DNA from: Marsupella aquatica
Lineage: Eukaryota > Plantae > Marchantiophyta
Direction of reading: 5' to 3'
Length of the DNA: 64,000 nt
NCBI GenBank assembly: GCA_973895155.1
Contig: OZ316898.1
Span: 12,675,659 to 12,739,658 of the forward strand
The number at the start of each line of letters is the position of its first letter. Position 1 is the first letter of the stretch. The notes below the pieces were generated by a model. The model searched no databases. It saw only the letters and a program-made list of their open reading frames with translations, and had not been told where the DNA came from. Of this stretch, positions 49,475 to 64,000 are shown in pieces. The position numbers and the translations under genes are program-made.

Positions 49475-50644
49475 CAAGGTTACCAAACCTTAATGGTCTG
49501 CCTGCATCCACGGAGCAGTAAGATTTAGATGTGCACATGTCAAGAAACCACTGATCAGGTACAAAATGGTCAAAAGTCGAACGGTAAAAATTAGCACCAC
49601 TAGTATATAAAATCAAAGATCTGTCAAAATTCTTGACCGTAGAATTATGGACAAAGTATTTCACGTGGTACAAACGCTTAGGAATGAGGCCACTAATACC
49701 TGAGCGGAGGCTTAGTTGTGTAGCGAAAACTGCAGTCTATTTGTAGCATTTGTTATTGCCTCCCGGCAGGATTTAGAAAAATCAGACCTGGAAGACAGGA
49801 TATTCAATACCCACGAGACCTCGGTGGATACCAAAGCAGGTCCAAGCTCTTTAGACATGGCTCGGCCACTAATTTTCAAGTAAAGTTAAGATTTGCGTAC
49901 GTGATTGTTGAGCAGTTCGATATAGCAGCGGGAATTGATTGATTGTTTTGACGATTTCGATTTGACCTGGCTGGGGAGGAGGGTTGGATGAGTTGGGAAG
50001 GCCGAAAACAGGCACGCTAGAAACGTGAAATTGGCCATAAAGGGCTACTGTACAGAAACCTAGGCTACGTGATACATCAGCCTGGCTCCAAATGTAAAGC
50101 AAGATCGGGACCTGTTGAAGGCTCCATCCTTAGAAGCATTCAAATTTGCTCCTTTCCGTAGCTGACAACTGATGCCGCCAACTTACGACACAATAACACA
50201 TGTATGAATCAGTTTCATATTAACAATCTCCATCTCTTGTCCGAGGTTATATATAAGTGGACACGCCGTCAATTGAAAGGTAAAACAGGATTTGCCGTGT
50301 TTTCCTTTCTTCCAATCAGTGAGGTGTTTTACTTACTATAAATAACGCAATCCACCCTCTAAAGGCTGCTCTAGCTCTTAACATGTAAAGAATGATTTAT
50401 CACACAATCACTACAGCTGGTTTTGGGCTGGAAAAGCAGATTCTTGTCTGCAAATTTCCAGCCAGTCAAAACCCAATAAATAATCTCAATCCGCTGACGG
50501 TTGTTGGCAGCCTTATCGAAGCTCATCGTCACCTTCCCGTCGAGTGAATTCTTGGAACTTTCTTAAAAGTTGGGCAAGGATAAAAGGGAGCCTCATAACC
50601 ATCAAAACAACAGGAAAACTGATCATCAACTCTAATCACGTTCA

Positions 50645-53600
50645 TCATTTGAAAGAATCTAGAACCAGTTTTAGATCTTTAACAGCTTGCGCTCGACTTG
50701 AAGCATCCACCTGCACAGATAGAGTGTTGGTCAGATCATGCTAATTGTAGTGAAGTCTGCCTTTGAATTACTTTCAGCACATCTCTGAATGCAGTGGTAG
50801 CATCCGTCAGTTGCAAATCCCATTCGATCAAAATTCAGGACCAAATCGCACAAAGGATTGTTGAGATGACTTACTTGTCGGAGGAGAGTTTGTAGAGCCT
50901 GAGGAAACGCCTTCAGGTTACCAGAAGACGAGGCTGCGAGGGTAAGTAGCTCTCTGGACACCCGTTCTTCCCTTAGTCTTTGGAGATTAGCTTCTATGGC
51001 ATTTGGTTGGTTACCCCAAGCCACAAATGCTCGGTTATCCTCCCAAGCATCAGTTACAGGACCACTTGATGAGGCTCCTGACTTGGGTCCATTTGTTGAT
51101 GATAAGAACCACGTCTTGATGAGCTGAAGAGCAGCTGTGTGAGATAGTTCATCCTCACCAGCAGCGTCTCGTGCTTGTCCAACTAAAGCTTCTTCCACCA
51201 ATCGCCGCTTCAACCGTCTGTGGAAAAAGTATCTGGATTGACTCCAATCCACAACCTTCTTAATGACTCCCTTTGCCTCCATCCGGTTAGCAGTATCGTG
51301 CAGCTCAGCAAACCGAACTGCTATCTGCTTATACACTGGAAGCAACAATTTCTCTCGAGCCTTGATTTCATTTTGAATGGCCTTCAACGAAGAACTTTCA
51401 GCATTCTGTAGCTTCTGCTTGAGGGAAAGTACCTGAGGGTCAAGTCTATGGATGCATTCAATCATTTCTTTGGTCCGGAATTTAATTTCAATGAGCCCCT
51501 CTGGTTCTAGCACTCCACCCTTCGCTGTTCTTTCCGCATACATCTCCACCTGGTCGCTGTTAATCTTACTATCCACCACAACCCAAGCGCCCCCCCTGAG
51601 TTCACCCGTCTTCGGAATGAACACAAACACAGGTTGCTCATAGGTTCGGAGATGCTCAACAATAAGTGAACCAGCCTGCAAAATGCCCTCAAACAAGTCC
51701 CTTTGTCCACCAGAAAATCCCCTCCAGTTGGCAAGGATGAACAGAGGGAGCCCCTCCTTATTGAAATCCAGTAGAGCCTGCGCTGTCTTTGTTGCAGAAT
51801 CGGGAAACCATACCTGCCCTGCTTGAGGGACCACTCTCTCAGCTGAATCAGGTTGTCCTGGATCAGCTGGTACTGTCTGCATAACAGTCTGGGTTTCCAC
51901 AGCAACTATTCCAACGGGGATACCCCCAAGTCGAGCTCGTCCTGTCACTACCGTCTGTGCCCATCCCTCCAGGGTCTCCACAAAACTCCCCTTGTCAAAG
52001 ATACCTCCCAGCCACTTGCCATTCACCTCCACACCTCGAATGGCAGCTCGAGGATCGCACGAGTTCTCAGGATTGTACTCCACAAGCCTTTGCGGAGGAT
52101 CAATGGGTTTCAGGAAAGGAAGAGGCCCTCCTTTCTTGGTAGGTATGTAACTAAGCCAATTCAGGATAGATGACACTCCTTCCAAGTCATCGGCCACTGT
52201 AAGATGTACAACCCCGTTGACTGCCATAACTTTAGGGCCCCCGAGCTGCATGTGGGAACTGTACACCTCTCGCCCCAAAAGTTTGTTCAGGGCTGGGAAC
52301 CCAGTCAAGATAATAGGCTGATCAATTCTCTGAATGCACCTCATGCCAAGCCTAGCCAGATAAGCACCGATACCAACAGTACGTCCAGACACGTACGTGA
52401 GAGTGAATGTCTCTCGGTAAGCTTTGGAATAAGCACCAGCAATTGCTCCACTCCCGGACAAGTTCTCTACTCCCAGACCATCATCCTTGCCTATGATATC
52501 GTCAATCACATACCTCACCTCACCAGACGGTAGATGAAGCTCATGAGCTCTGACAGAAGCATTCAGGTTGTTGTAATCTTCTGATGTCAAATAGAGATAC
52601 TGGAAACCACGGTCTGGGGAGGATTCATCTGACCAGCCGACCTTGAAAGATGCACGGACCTCATCGGCCACACCAATCCTAGCTCCTGAATTAGCCGCTA
52701 GGTATATGAGGGGAAGTTTTGTTTGGATGGCTAGATCTGTGATGGCCCTGAAGTAAGCATCTTCTCTCTGCCCAAATGACCCCACATTGTAAGTGACATC
52801 ATTCGACACAACGAAAATGCTTCGGCCCTCTGGAAATTCTGGAGTCCGCAACCGCATTCTCCAGCCCACCATGCCCACGTCATTACTAGCCACAGGCCTG
52901 TCGATTTCCACAAGGGAAGAGGTCCAGTAGTTCTTGTTGTCAGCAAAGATGAGCTCCGTGGCTTGGAATTGAGGGGAACCAGCGGGGCAGGATTCAACAG
53001 AGCTTGCCCACACGTGTTGCAGAGCTGTCTCGAATACCAGGGGGAAGTCATAGACGTATGTGGTGTTGTTTCTTCTAGCAGTCAGTCGCCTCCTGTCCAC
53101 AGCATCCAAAGGCTTGTGTTTTGCAGCTAGTGCCTTTCCATGAACTGGACCAACAGAGGACGGCAAGGGTGAGTGGTACACCACCGCTCCAAGAGCAGCA
53201 TTCTTCACCTCCTTGTACACCTGCGACCACAGACCAAACGTGAGTATAAAGGCCTCACTCCACAAATAGGCTCTTTTGCTTAAAATAGACAGGAACCGTC
53301 TTGTACACATTGAATATGACGAAAAGCAAAAGGAACCGGCTTCCTTTCGATCATCTTCTAGTTGGCAAGATGTCAGTAGGAACGAAAGCTTCCATGGAGA
53401 TCTCAAAAATCCTTGTCAGTTTAAAACACTAATCACAAATAACTTAAGGCTAGTAGTTGCTTCGGAATGTGGTAAGCATGCTGTCACGTGTTGTAACGCG
53501 TCTGAGGGCATCTATGATGAAACGACATGTCACAAATGGAAATAGAGGATTGCAAGGCCCCAGTACCTGGACAGTGCAAGTGTTGGCCGTAGGATTGAGA

Positions 53601-56600
53601 ACAATTATCCTCCATGCTCCGATTGTCGAACCGGCATTCTTTAGACGAAGACGGATTTCCCACTGGGCAACAGCCAGTCGGTGCATGCGAGGGCCCAACT
53701 TGCCGTAGATGCTATGAACAAGCCCTTGCAGCACTTTCACCGCTGGCTCTACTTCTGGCAACTTGTTCTCATCAGAATTTCCGATCTCTATCGGCCGGAG
53801 GAGACTGAGGAACATGTGCACATGGTCCGCTTTGTTATTGGAGTCATGAGACGTAAGTTCGAGCTCCTCCAAAGCTTTCTGCAAGGCAAGTTCTGCATTT
53901 TTGGTAGCATGCTCTATTTCTGACCCCTCACCAGAAGGCTTGGCCTGGCGAAGTAGTGTGCGTAAGAACATGCGCCTCACATTACTGGGCTTCTCTGTGA
54001 CATAATATATATGCCACTGACGGTCCCGAGAAGATGCATAACGCAGTGTGGTGTTGACATATCCCTTGAGAAAGTCCTGAGAACAACCGAAGGCATATCT
54101 TTCAGTATAATTTAAGACCGCAAAATTTTCACAATATAATTGAACAGAATAAAACAGAGTAAGAGTTGTCCATCTACCTTATATGTTGACCTTACAAGAC
54201 TCTCAAGAAAGTGACTGGGAAAATGAGTTGGGATAGGAAATTCGGGAAGAGAGATGGGGAGATGACTAACCAACTCAAGGAGATTGCACAGTGGTGGCTC
54301 GACGTGGCGAAAAAGTGGCTCCTCTTCATAGAACCTCGAGTCCGGAGACCAATGGAAGCAATGCCGGGTTGGGGTTCGACCCTCATCTCTTTGAATAATG
54401 CAGCTCACCACCCCAACTCCTGCCGCTAGCAGTGCTGTTCCCAAACTCTCGCCTTTCAGAGCTTTTCCTAGCTTGTCAACTCTCTCTTGAGCTTGGTCTT
54501 CGTCACCACTGCAAACCGAAGACAGGAACGAATGTAAACCCGATTCAAATTGATCCCGTACCAAATCTACACATTTATCCTCCTATTTCTTTTGCAAAAA
54601 GTGATGTATGGATACCTGTCTTGAAGTTGGCTCATTTGATTCTTGATTCCCACCAATACTACATGAAAAATGTTGCCAAAGTCGCTGGTTGAACCATTAC
54701 TTGATTCAGACTTAGCAGTGACTTCCCCTGTTTCTTTCAGAGCGGCCGTGACGGAACCAGACAGGAAGTGGAGCGAGGTGAGAATCACCATTGCTCCCCA
54801 ACGTTTCACTCCTTGACTCTCTACCTCCAATGGAGCAACTTCACTGAGCTTCCCTGTCGCCTGCTGAGGGTTCTCCTCGATGAACTGCCATGAAGCAATG
54901 AGCCCAGACCGGTGCCACTGCATCCGGAGGGATCCCTTCACGAGATACGGCTGTTTCATGAAAAATTCATTCACTTTTGTCAGAAGCAGTTTCCCAGCTA
55001 ATCAGAATCATTTGGGTGACTTCAAATTAAACTAAAACAGGCATAATAAACCAGTTGCTCCCAAGTACAGTAGTTGTTTGAAAATAGATTGGTATTTCAT
55101 AAATAAGTTCACGCGCACGTGTCAATGTCGACTCCCGTTCATCATATTACATAGTTCCAACCTCAAAAATGAGTCAATTGAGTTTAAGCCCCATAGATCC
55201 CCAGTTGGAGTAATCTGTCGGTCAACTACAAGGCATCAAATTAGTTAATTTAACAATTTCATGTTCTAACAGATGGCAAAACTTCCAGATCCAAATTCAA
55301 TCTTCTTCTTCAGACCGACCTACTGGATCCGATGAACAGGACAAGAAGGGGTTCAAGAAGTAAAGTGCAGACCTGGTAGAGTCGTCGGACATAGGTCTCA
55401 ACCACACGACGCTGAAGAGTATGATCACTGTGATCGAACAAGGCCACAAGAGCATCCTCCACGGCCACAGGGGCATCAACAAGGTCCTCCATTCTCTCCT
55501 CAATAGCGCTTCGGCGATGGCCAAGTCCACCCTCTCCACCCTCTTCCGTGAACATCTCCAGCTCAGACAAGCTTCTAGCAATGTTTGCTCTCAAGTCACT
55601 CAACTTGGTTTGCTCCAGCAATTGACTAGATCTCAGCGCCAGCTGATTGTCACCAAATTCAAAGAGTAAATATTTTGCCAAAATAAATTGTCAGACATTA
55701 TGACTTTATAAGTTGCAAGTGTTCCAATAATTGAACAAAAATGGTCGGCAGCAGTATAGAATGCCCAATTATATAACAAACAAAGGCAGAGATTCCCAAG
55801 ACAAGGGACAAGGATAATAGGAAGATGTTCATCAAACAAACCTCAGAATGGGTGGTATGATTCAGCTCAGCAAAGCGGATCAGTTGTTCTCTATATGCCG
55901 CCGGGTTTGGATACACGAGTGCTCCCATCAAGCGTGAGATCAGAGCGTTCTTTCTCTTCACGCCCTGCAGTGTTCCCCAAATGCGGTAAGTAATGAGACG
56001 ACTGTCCTTTCTAGCAGATTGTCCGTAACTCTACACTCCATAAATATGACTCACATTAAAATACAGACTCAGTAGTTGAGAGTAGCTATCATCTGGCAAT
56101 CGACTTTGTGAAAGTTCTCCCGAGTTTACAGCTTCAGTGACCATAAAAAATACAAATCTCATTCAACGCTTTGAAAAACATCTTGAGCTGGCAACAGTTT
56201 CAAAGAAGCACCTGGTGTGAGAGAACGATGTCTACAACTCTTGGAAGATCCTTAATGTACTGACGTCTGAGGTTTTCAATGACGTCAACCTGCAATTTAA
56301 CAAAAGAGAAAGGATGCGTAAGAAATCGAAGCAAGATGTAAAACTAAATAGCTCTGAACGTGCATATCAACGACCCATTAATGAATGCAAAGTTTATGAA
56401 TAGATGACGGCATAAACGTAAAAACTCAGTTCAACAAGAGCTAGAAGGAAAAAGGCAGAAGCAAGAAAGCAACCTGCAGGTCTTGACTGAAAAGCTCCTC
56501 TACACTGAGATACCCTTCGAATAAAGATTGAACAATGCTACCGGCATGACTCTCACGTCCTCCCTCATATGACTTCACAAGAGTCAAGAGAGGCTCCAAT

Positions 56601-59600
56601 AGCCTCTCCTGTGCTCCTCTATCCTTGTCAGAGCACTCTGCCAAAGAAGCCTGTGACAAAAACATTTTATCAGGTCATCACTACTCTCGTGAGCTTCCTT
56701 AGCCACCTTCTGCGCTCCCGTAATATAACGTCTAAACTCAAATAAAACGGTCTATAACTGTAACTGTTGCCCACAAACAGAGATGTCAAAATTGGAAAGA
56801 AAGTGATCTTTACAAAATTGTTACTCGCATAGTTTCCTCTAGTTGGTTAAGAAGACAGAAAACGGTCTACGTAAATTTCACAGATATCATGGTATTCTAC
56901 AAATAGTTTTCTTACATCTAACTCTGCTCGCAAAGCTTTCGCAGGAAATTCAACGACTCTGTTCTCGTTGAATGATGCTTCATAATCGCGGAAAGCAGTA
57001 TCCAGCTGAAAATCCATCCGATCAACAAAAGCACCAATGAGAAATGTTCGTGACCCAACTTTATTATCTTCAAGTATTAGTTCGGGAAAGGTCACATTGA
57101 ATAGAACGACGAGCAACTGATCCATGCGCATAGGACATGTTCGTTAAAACAGAAACCAATGATCATTGTCAATTAAGAGGCGAGAGACCGCGAAGGAAAC
57201 CAACAATTATTTCAAATCATCAAACAGACAGCTTTTCAATATGCATACAGACTACATGAGGCACCTCCGATGGAGGTTGGACGCACCTTAATCTTCAACT
57301 CTTTGGGCAAGCGTGTCCCAAGGATTGCCATCCATTCTTGCCACTGCAATAGTGGAAGCTGTGGATCGTCCAAACAACTTAGAAGTGTCTGTACAACCTG
57401 TTGCGACCACTCGATAGTTAGATCAACACCACATACGAAGCTAGCCAATTCGAACATGCATGGCTACATTCAATTTTATAACAAATGGATCAAATGCCTC
57501 CCTCGGCAAACAGATAGATAGATAGATAGATAGATAGATCATCACTGTGGAGAGAACAATTGAAAACGGCTAGATTTCCGGATAGAGAAAGATCATGGTT
57601 CTTCTTTCTGATCTTCACCAACTGAACATTGGACATGATTTATTAGCTTCCATGGCAAAACAACCCGACGTGCCTGAAAGGGAACCTCCAAATCTATTTA
57701 GACATAACCTCGTGGTTTATTTGGCTATCCGCTTTATGCACATGGCAGTGTTCAGACGAGCAATCCCCACCTGTTCGATGTCATGCTCGTAACCCGCCAG
57801 AACATTCTGGGCAGCATTTATGGATGCTGCGCACCGTTGGTGAACCTTTGCGGCAGCTGCAGTTGGTGGCCCAAGAGGGGGGAAAGTGCCTTCAAAGGGC
57901 ACAGCCTTTTTCACTGCCGAGGGGTCATCTAATTCTAGAGAAGCTATCAAATCTCCAGGCTGCATTTGTACAATCATTTCTCATAAGCTTAGCTGTTCGG
58001 GACCAGGAGATATACATTTGTAAAAATATGCACACAATGTAGTTTATCTTTTCCCTGTACTGTGAAAGCAAGCAGTAGGCTGAGAAGATGAGGAATGAAG
58101 CCTACCAGCATGGTAGATCCCTCCGTCAATTTGCACTGAATGGTTCCTGAAGCAGGAGTCAACATAGGCATGCACATTTTCATGACCTCAACTTCGGCAA
58201 AAGGAACATCTGCTTCAACATGGCTTCCATCAGCAACCAGGAATCGAAGAAGCTTGCATGGCGTTTCAGCAATAAGTCTGGAGGGATCATGGTCATTCTG
58301 CATTGCCAAAAACTTCTGTTAGCGCAAAATAATTTCAAGCGTTAAGAGAAATTTAGCCTAAAGCAAACAGCAAGCAAAACAAAGCCCACAAATCGCTATG
58401 AATGTTGTGATACAAGCCCCTGTCTGAAAAAACAAAATTGGACTTGCACAGATATCCTTACCTGAAGTAGACACGTTCGACCATCAATAAGGAGTCGAGT
58501 GCCTGATGCCTCTTCTTCTGCGTAAACAACATGACTGTTCCCATCCAGCTGCAATATAATAAAGTGCAGCACTTGTAAGACTTCGAAATTTCAAAGCAAT
58601 AGGACCAAATTCCAGAACGATGCTGATAAAGCACGACACTAAGTTTGAAGCTGTGAGGTAGTATGCTAGTCCAATGCTTACACAAGGAGTGGATAAGCCA
58701 ATATACCTGCACAAGGAGTCCACCATCACGAAGGCTGTGAACTTCAGCTTCAACCTCGGATCCATTGAGACGCAGGCGATAGGTTCCAGGGCCCCCTTTT
58801 GTCAAGTCAACCTGTCCCACCATAATCAATGTCAATAACTCTGGTATATGCTGCACTCCAACGAGGTTTTATCAATTTAAATGTGAAACGGAAGAGACAG
58901 TGGCAGTTGGTCATTACCGTATACTTGCTCCCTTCGATGTTGAGAGATACTTGAAAATTTACCAAAGAAATACTCTAAAACCAGAAGAACCCAATTAGAC
59001 TCCACATATTGAATGGAAGAGAAACCCCAAGGAAAAAACGCAGCACTAACGAGGCAGCTCTCAATCGTCACATCTTTGCAATGTATCGAGACATAAACCA
59101 ACTTTTAAAAACAGGATCATCATCAAGCAGGTATGTTCATTAAAAGGATCACAGAATTGCGTACTTTTGGAGGAACCTGCCCCTTTACAAGGTAGCCAAT
59201 GTAATCCAACACTCCGGATGCAGTGAGGTGGTTTCCTCTCTGAAAAATGCACAGATCCCTTCAGTAAATTCTCCTCAATGATAAGTAGAGGGAAACTCAA
59301 GAAAATTTATGTACGGCTTCGAATTAAATCGCGTTGTTTGAACGCTCTATTGGTTACACTCCTTGCATGCAGCTCTGTGCCAAATTCAAATATTTCCTTA
59401 CATAAAGGGATCCTCCAATTACAGATAAATGCCAAGATGGTCTCTCAACCCGAACTCGACTGGCGATCCGAAGATCAAGCCATCCTGTATGTATTTGATT
59501 ATCTCTGTATTCTGGTGCCTGTTGTCATTCACGCAAATAGGAATACAAAATTAGCAGAGAGAATACACATTTACGTCAAATTTATGATGAGCACTAATAA

Positions 59601-62600
59601 CCCAGTCCAAGGTCGTTTGTTCCCAAAGTATCATTCCGACGTTGTGCACAAAATACAGGTAACTTACATGGAGCAGATCCACAGTGTAATCCACGTTTGT
59701 GCGGATTTCTCCTCTGATGTGAAGCTCTTTCAGACCAAGAACCATATTCGCAATAGCCATACCTCGGTTCTCACCAAATGCAAAGACATGACCTGGATAG
59801 CATAACAAGCCGCTTGTCAGATAAGCACAACCAATGGTGCGAAGAAATTCAACTTTAATATCCTCAGAGTGAATTATGATTCCCGCTAAATTCACAAATT
59901 TTAAGAAACCCAGACACGGACAACAAAAACTTGACCAACTTGTCACCATCAAAGAGAGCAGAAGAAAAGATCATTGATGCACCGATGGAGTCAGTAATCG
60001 AGTAAAAGCTCACCGAATTGAGAATCTGAAAATTCGTGAATGCCTCCACCAGACTGCAATAAGAGGTATGAAATTAGAAATGTAGAAAATCCTGCAGTCT
60101 GATAGCATTTCAGGGCTACGGACATGGGCTTGTAGAATAATATCGACAACAGCCTCAAGTTGCTGCCTGCCAACATTTCAGGACTGAAAGCATAGGCTTG
60201 TAGAATAACATCTCCCACAAGCTCAAGCTGCCATACAATTGAAGATCTAAATATCTTCGAATGTGAGCACTAGCATGTGAGAAATTAAGACAAATCAGAG
60301 CAAAGGGCAAAATAAAAGAATTACCTTCACAGAGAAGTAGGCCCACACGTTTGGCTTGCTTCTAAAACTAAGTTCCTGCAAGTAAAGAGCAGCAGTTCTT
60401 CAGTCCAGAATGGCTTTCACATCCTAGAAGCTACCATGACTGAAGAAATTCAGGAGTGCATGACAGTACAACAGTCGCATTCAGTAAGCAGTCCTCAATC
60501 GACAGCAGTTTTTGTTCTGCCTCAGCAACACCATCTGGGACACGCAATGCTTTATCAATTACCAGAAAGTCAGAAAGTAAGTACCTGAACTTGACCGCTT
60601 GTGGGTTTAAAGCCATCATCAGGATCTTCGCTTGTCACACGCACTGCAACCACATGTCCCTTCGGCTTGCAAGGTTCAGCTGTAACAAAATCGAATGGAG
60701 TCGCTGCTTTTGCAGTTTCCCGCCAGACACCGTGTCCTCCACCAGCATCCTTTCCAAACAACCGTCTGATCTCTGATTTGACAAACGACCAAAAACATTC
60801 ATCATCATGGAGTGGCATTACAACAACGAAGGCACTCTATCTGACGGTTTAAATAAAATTGAAGGAATTGGCAAAGATATATTCATTTTGCAGGACTTCA
60901 CATCGCTAGAAAATATTCACCTGCCATCTTCCACAAAGGAATGCCCATCCCAACACACAGTTGAGCTGCAGGGATGTTAACTTCCGCAATCCACTCGGTG
61001 ACTGGATGCTCCACCTGCACAAGTTATTACTTGTCTCAGAAAAGGACGAATCTATTCTGGCATGCACCAACATGGACTCGTTCTGCACACCTTCGTCCTC
61101 GAACCTTGTGTTCCGTACCCCAGCTGGCGAGCCCGTGCCAGACAAATTCTCTCAAAGTATTGCCAACTCTACGACACTTTTATAACGAAGGGAACTAAAA
61201 CAAGACCATCGCAAGCTTTGTGCAGAAGATTATTGGCATTACCTGTAAACGTGGATTCAGTTCGAGGAAGTAGAATTTCCCAGTTTCCATACTGAAAAGG
61301 TATTCGACAGTTCCAGCTCCGATATAATTGACACTTCTAGCAAGCCTACAGGCTCCTTGCTCTAACTCTCTAATAGTCTCAGGTGGCGCAATTGTTATCG
61401 GCCCTTCTTCAATAATCTGGACAGATACAGTGACACTGTCAACTTTGACTCCAGCCTCCAGATCTCCCCCAGAATCTTGAGCCTCGAAATAATCTTTCAA
61501 AGCCAATCTATCAGGAAAATAATAGTGGAGTGAAAACCAATCGCCATGGGAACAAGAAACGTATGAAGGTTACTGACTTTTTGATGCCGGCGTTGAACAC
61601 TGCAGTCTCTGCTGTGCAGTGATGTTACATTACCATGTTCATCAGCAAGAAGCTGCACCTCAAGATGACGACTCTGCACAAGTAATAGAGGAAGCACTGC
61701 AATCAGAGTAATAAATCTTCCTTCCTCGAAACCTGCCAGTCAGGAGCTGCATACTACAAAGCCAACTTTCAGTTGGCCAATTGATCACATAAAAGCTAAT
61801 GGCAAGGGAATGTACCTGAGCTGCGAGCTTCATGATGAAAATTGGAGAGCCTGGTACCTCCCCTTGCACTTGCTTGAACAACGCTCTTACTTCGTCATCA
61901 TTGTTCACCTGAAATTAACTTAATGCTGTTAACATTCCTTCAGCGGATTTCTTCTTTACAGAGTACGCCAGATCCACTTTGATTATTTGGAAGTCTCAGG
62001 TATTCCAGAATGTTCACTGAATGGACATTCATTCATTCATACAACGTGTCCTAGAAAACAGACTTGGAGCTGATAACTGAGGAACTTTCGGAGCGTCTAC
62101 AATCCGTCTTGCAGCGCTTGTATCATACCTTGCGGATACCTTTTCCCCCACCTCCCCATGAAGCTTTTATCATTACTGGATAGCCAATCCCCTGACAGCT
62201 CGCTAAAGCCTCCTCTGTACTATATACACACGCTTTCCTGTATAATTCTTCCGGAATTGGCTCAATACATCTCTCAAAAGGAATATTCACCTGTAAACAC
62301 ACACCGAAGACAACAGTCAAGGTGTAAGTTAGAAAAATAAGTTCTCTTGGAGAAGAAAGAATCCCATTCAACTCGTGGTTCCGCAGCTGCGAACAAGGTA
62401 AGACCGGAGCCACGCCACCGTCCGAAGGCACTATGAGAGTTGTACCTGATTTGGGACCTCGAAGAACAAAAAACTTCAGGTTTCTGTGTAAGTGAGGGAG
62501 ACGGGCTCCAAAAACTCAGCGAATCCCGTATGAGAAGCAAACTCACATGAGAACCGCTCCAAGAAAGAGTAGGCACGCCAGCCGCTTGGGCAATGATTGA

Positions 62601-63271
62601 AGACCCGATTTTGTCTCCAAGAGCAGCCATTGGCGCTGCCGGAGGTCCTAAGAAAAAGATTCCACGAGCAGACAGTTGCTCTGGAAGCTCAGGAATTTCT
62701 GATGCATGTCCCCATCCAGGCCACACAGCTGATACTCCAGTTCGCTCGGCAAGCTGCAGGTTATCAAATTGAGAAATGGAATCAGCGCAGCCTCCACAGT
62801 GAAACACTAACCATTCGAAGAATATTGACCTTGAGTTCCACATAAAGCTTGCAGCTCTATGAGAGAAAGCAAAGGCTTAGGTTTCGAATGAGGTAAGACA
62901 ATAGTTTCAGTGCCGAGTAAAATGGGCTTGCATACCTCAACAATGAGTTGAACATTGGCATAATTGTTGTTGTTGGTTCCGCCCGGCACTTCTATAAACT
63001 GATCCGCCATGCGAATGTGCTCTGCGTTGATGCGCATATCCTCTGGAGTAGCCATCGCCACAAGAGTCACTATTTTTTCCACCCCAAAGGTCTCATAGGC
63101 CCAGGAGCGAATGCTTCGAATGAACTTCACCGCGGCCATTCCATTGTTTGCGATAAGGATACTGTGGATGGGTTTGGTTCCGCCCAGTGCAAAACAATAC
63201 TCCTCAATCTGAGACGCGCTCGCAGCGTTTCGAGCTGAACCTTGTCCATTGCTGTACACTTCGCCTACCAT
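50645..63271 (-). CDS. ACC1: Homomeric (eukaryotic-type) acetyl-CoA carboxylase, multi-exon, complete
   Basis: BC domain ([44 protein letters not shown]), biotinylation motif EVMKM, and CT domain ([25 protein letters not shown]). ATG at 63271 has an in-frame stop upstream. Last exon is 50710-50645. Confidence 0.97.
57512..57539. repeat. (AGAT)7 microsatellite in an ACC1 intron
   Basis: Perfect tetranucleotide run. Confidence 0.9.
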
Positions 63272-64000
63272 CGTTCCACCCTCGCTGGCGTCCTCTGGGC
63301 CGACTGATTTCACTCTTCACACCGGACAATGGTGAGCTTCCTCAGAATTGGCGGTCTGATTCACTCGAGGCGCAAAGGACCTGAATAACTCCTGCGACAT
63401 GGATTGCACAGTCGTTCTTATCAATTTCCAAAATGCGAAACGTCGTAAAACGATTTCAACAGTAACAAAGCGAACTTCATTCATTTTGAGATCGGTACAT
63501 TTGTAAGTGGGCTGATTACGCTCTCTCTGAAACCAGGAGAAACATGGAACATTTCCAGACAACCGAGATCGCTCCTCAAGTGTAGCAGCGGTGAGATATG
63601 CAAGAAGGAGAACATCTCCGTCTCCTTTCTCGGGTCTGACTCGGCAATTACAAGGAAAGAGTAAGTCTTAGTGGCGTATGGCTGTTGCCGACGGCATTCA
63701 CCATTCAGGCCCTGGAAAATGGGTCAGGGTTTGCACTCCGGCAGTTCATACTCGGTCCTTCTTCAAAACAGAAAAAGTGGGCCTTGCTATACCATAACAA
63801 TCCTTCAAGCATGCTCTCCTTCCTAATGAACAATTCCTCCAATCTTCTGTCTGTACTAGGTTCGAAGAATGGTCCAGTTCAAGCTCCTGTATGATTGATC
63901 TCTCAAGGCTGAAGGAGATCACCTATTGAGAAGTAATTCACACCCTTGTAGACCATATGCACATCATGGACAGCAACTAAACACTAAGCTCTTGTCATTA

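Noticed and set aside
63272-63562. N-terminal plastid transit extension of ACC1
   Set aside because: An in-frame TGA lies just upstream of the GTG at 63313, inside the apparent 5'UTR exon. An alternative first exon cannot be fully excluded.

Overview
Eukaryotic, intron-rich land-plant genomic DNA. A bryophyte/liverwort origin is inferred from gene and TE style and is not proven. Genes: two tandem, probably secreted SURNod19-family genes (- strand; copy 1 runs off the window start), a two-exon organellar-type ribosomal protein bS6 gene, an intronless NmrA/HSCARG-like gene that reads like an ascomycete protein (horizontal-transfer candidate), an ankyrin + PGG-domain membrane gene with a reading-frame break, a six-exon DUF819 membrane gene, and a complete homomeric acetyl-CoA carboxylase gene. 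The intergenic space is packed with transposon relics, most delimited by target-site duplications: three solo LTRs of one family, two large non-autonomous TIR elements (CCCGGTTT termini, 8-bp TSDs), MITEs, two tRNA-derived SINE copies, two L1-type LINE fragments and a truncated long LTR. The left 20 kb is an old segmental tandem duplication. The best leads are the fungal-like NmrA gene, the PHM/DBH-type dicopper ligand pattern in the SURNod19 pair, and the CCCGG/8-bp-TSD transposon family. No database searches could be run, so family assignments come from motif recognition.
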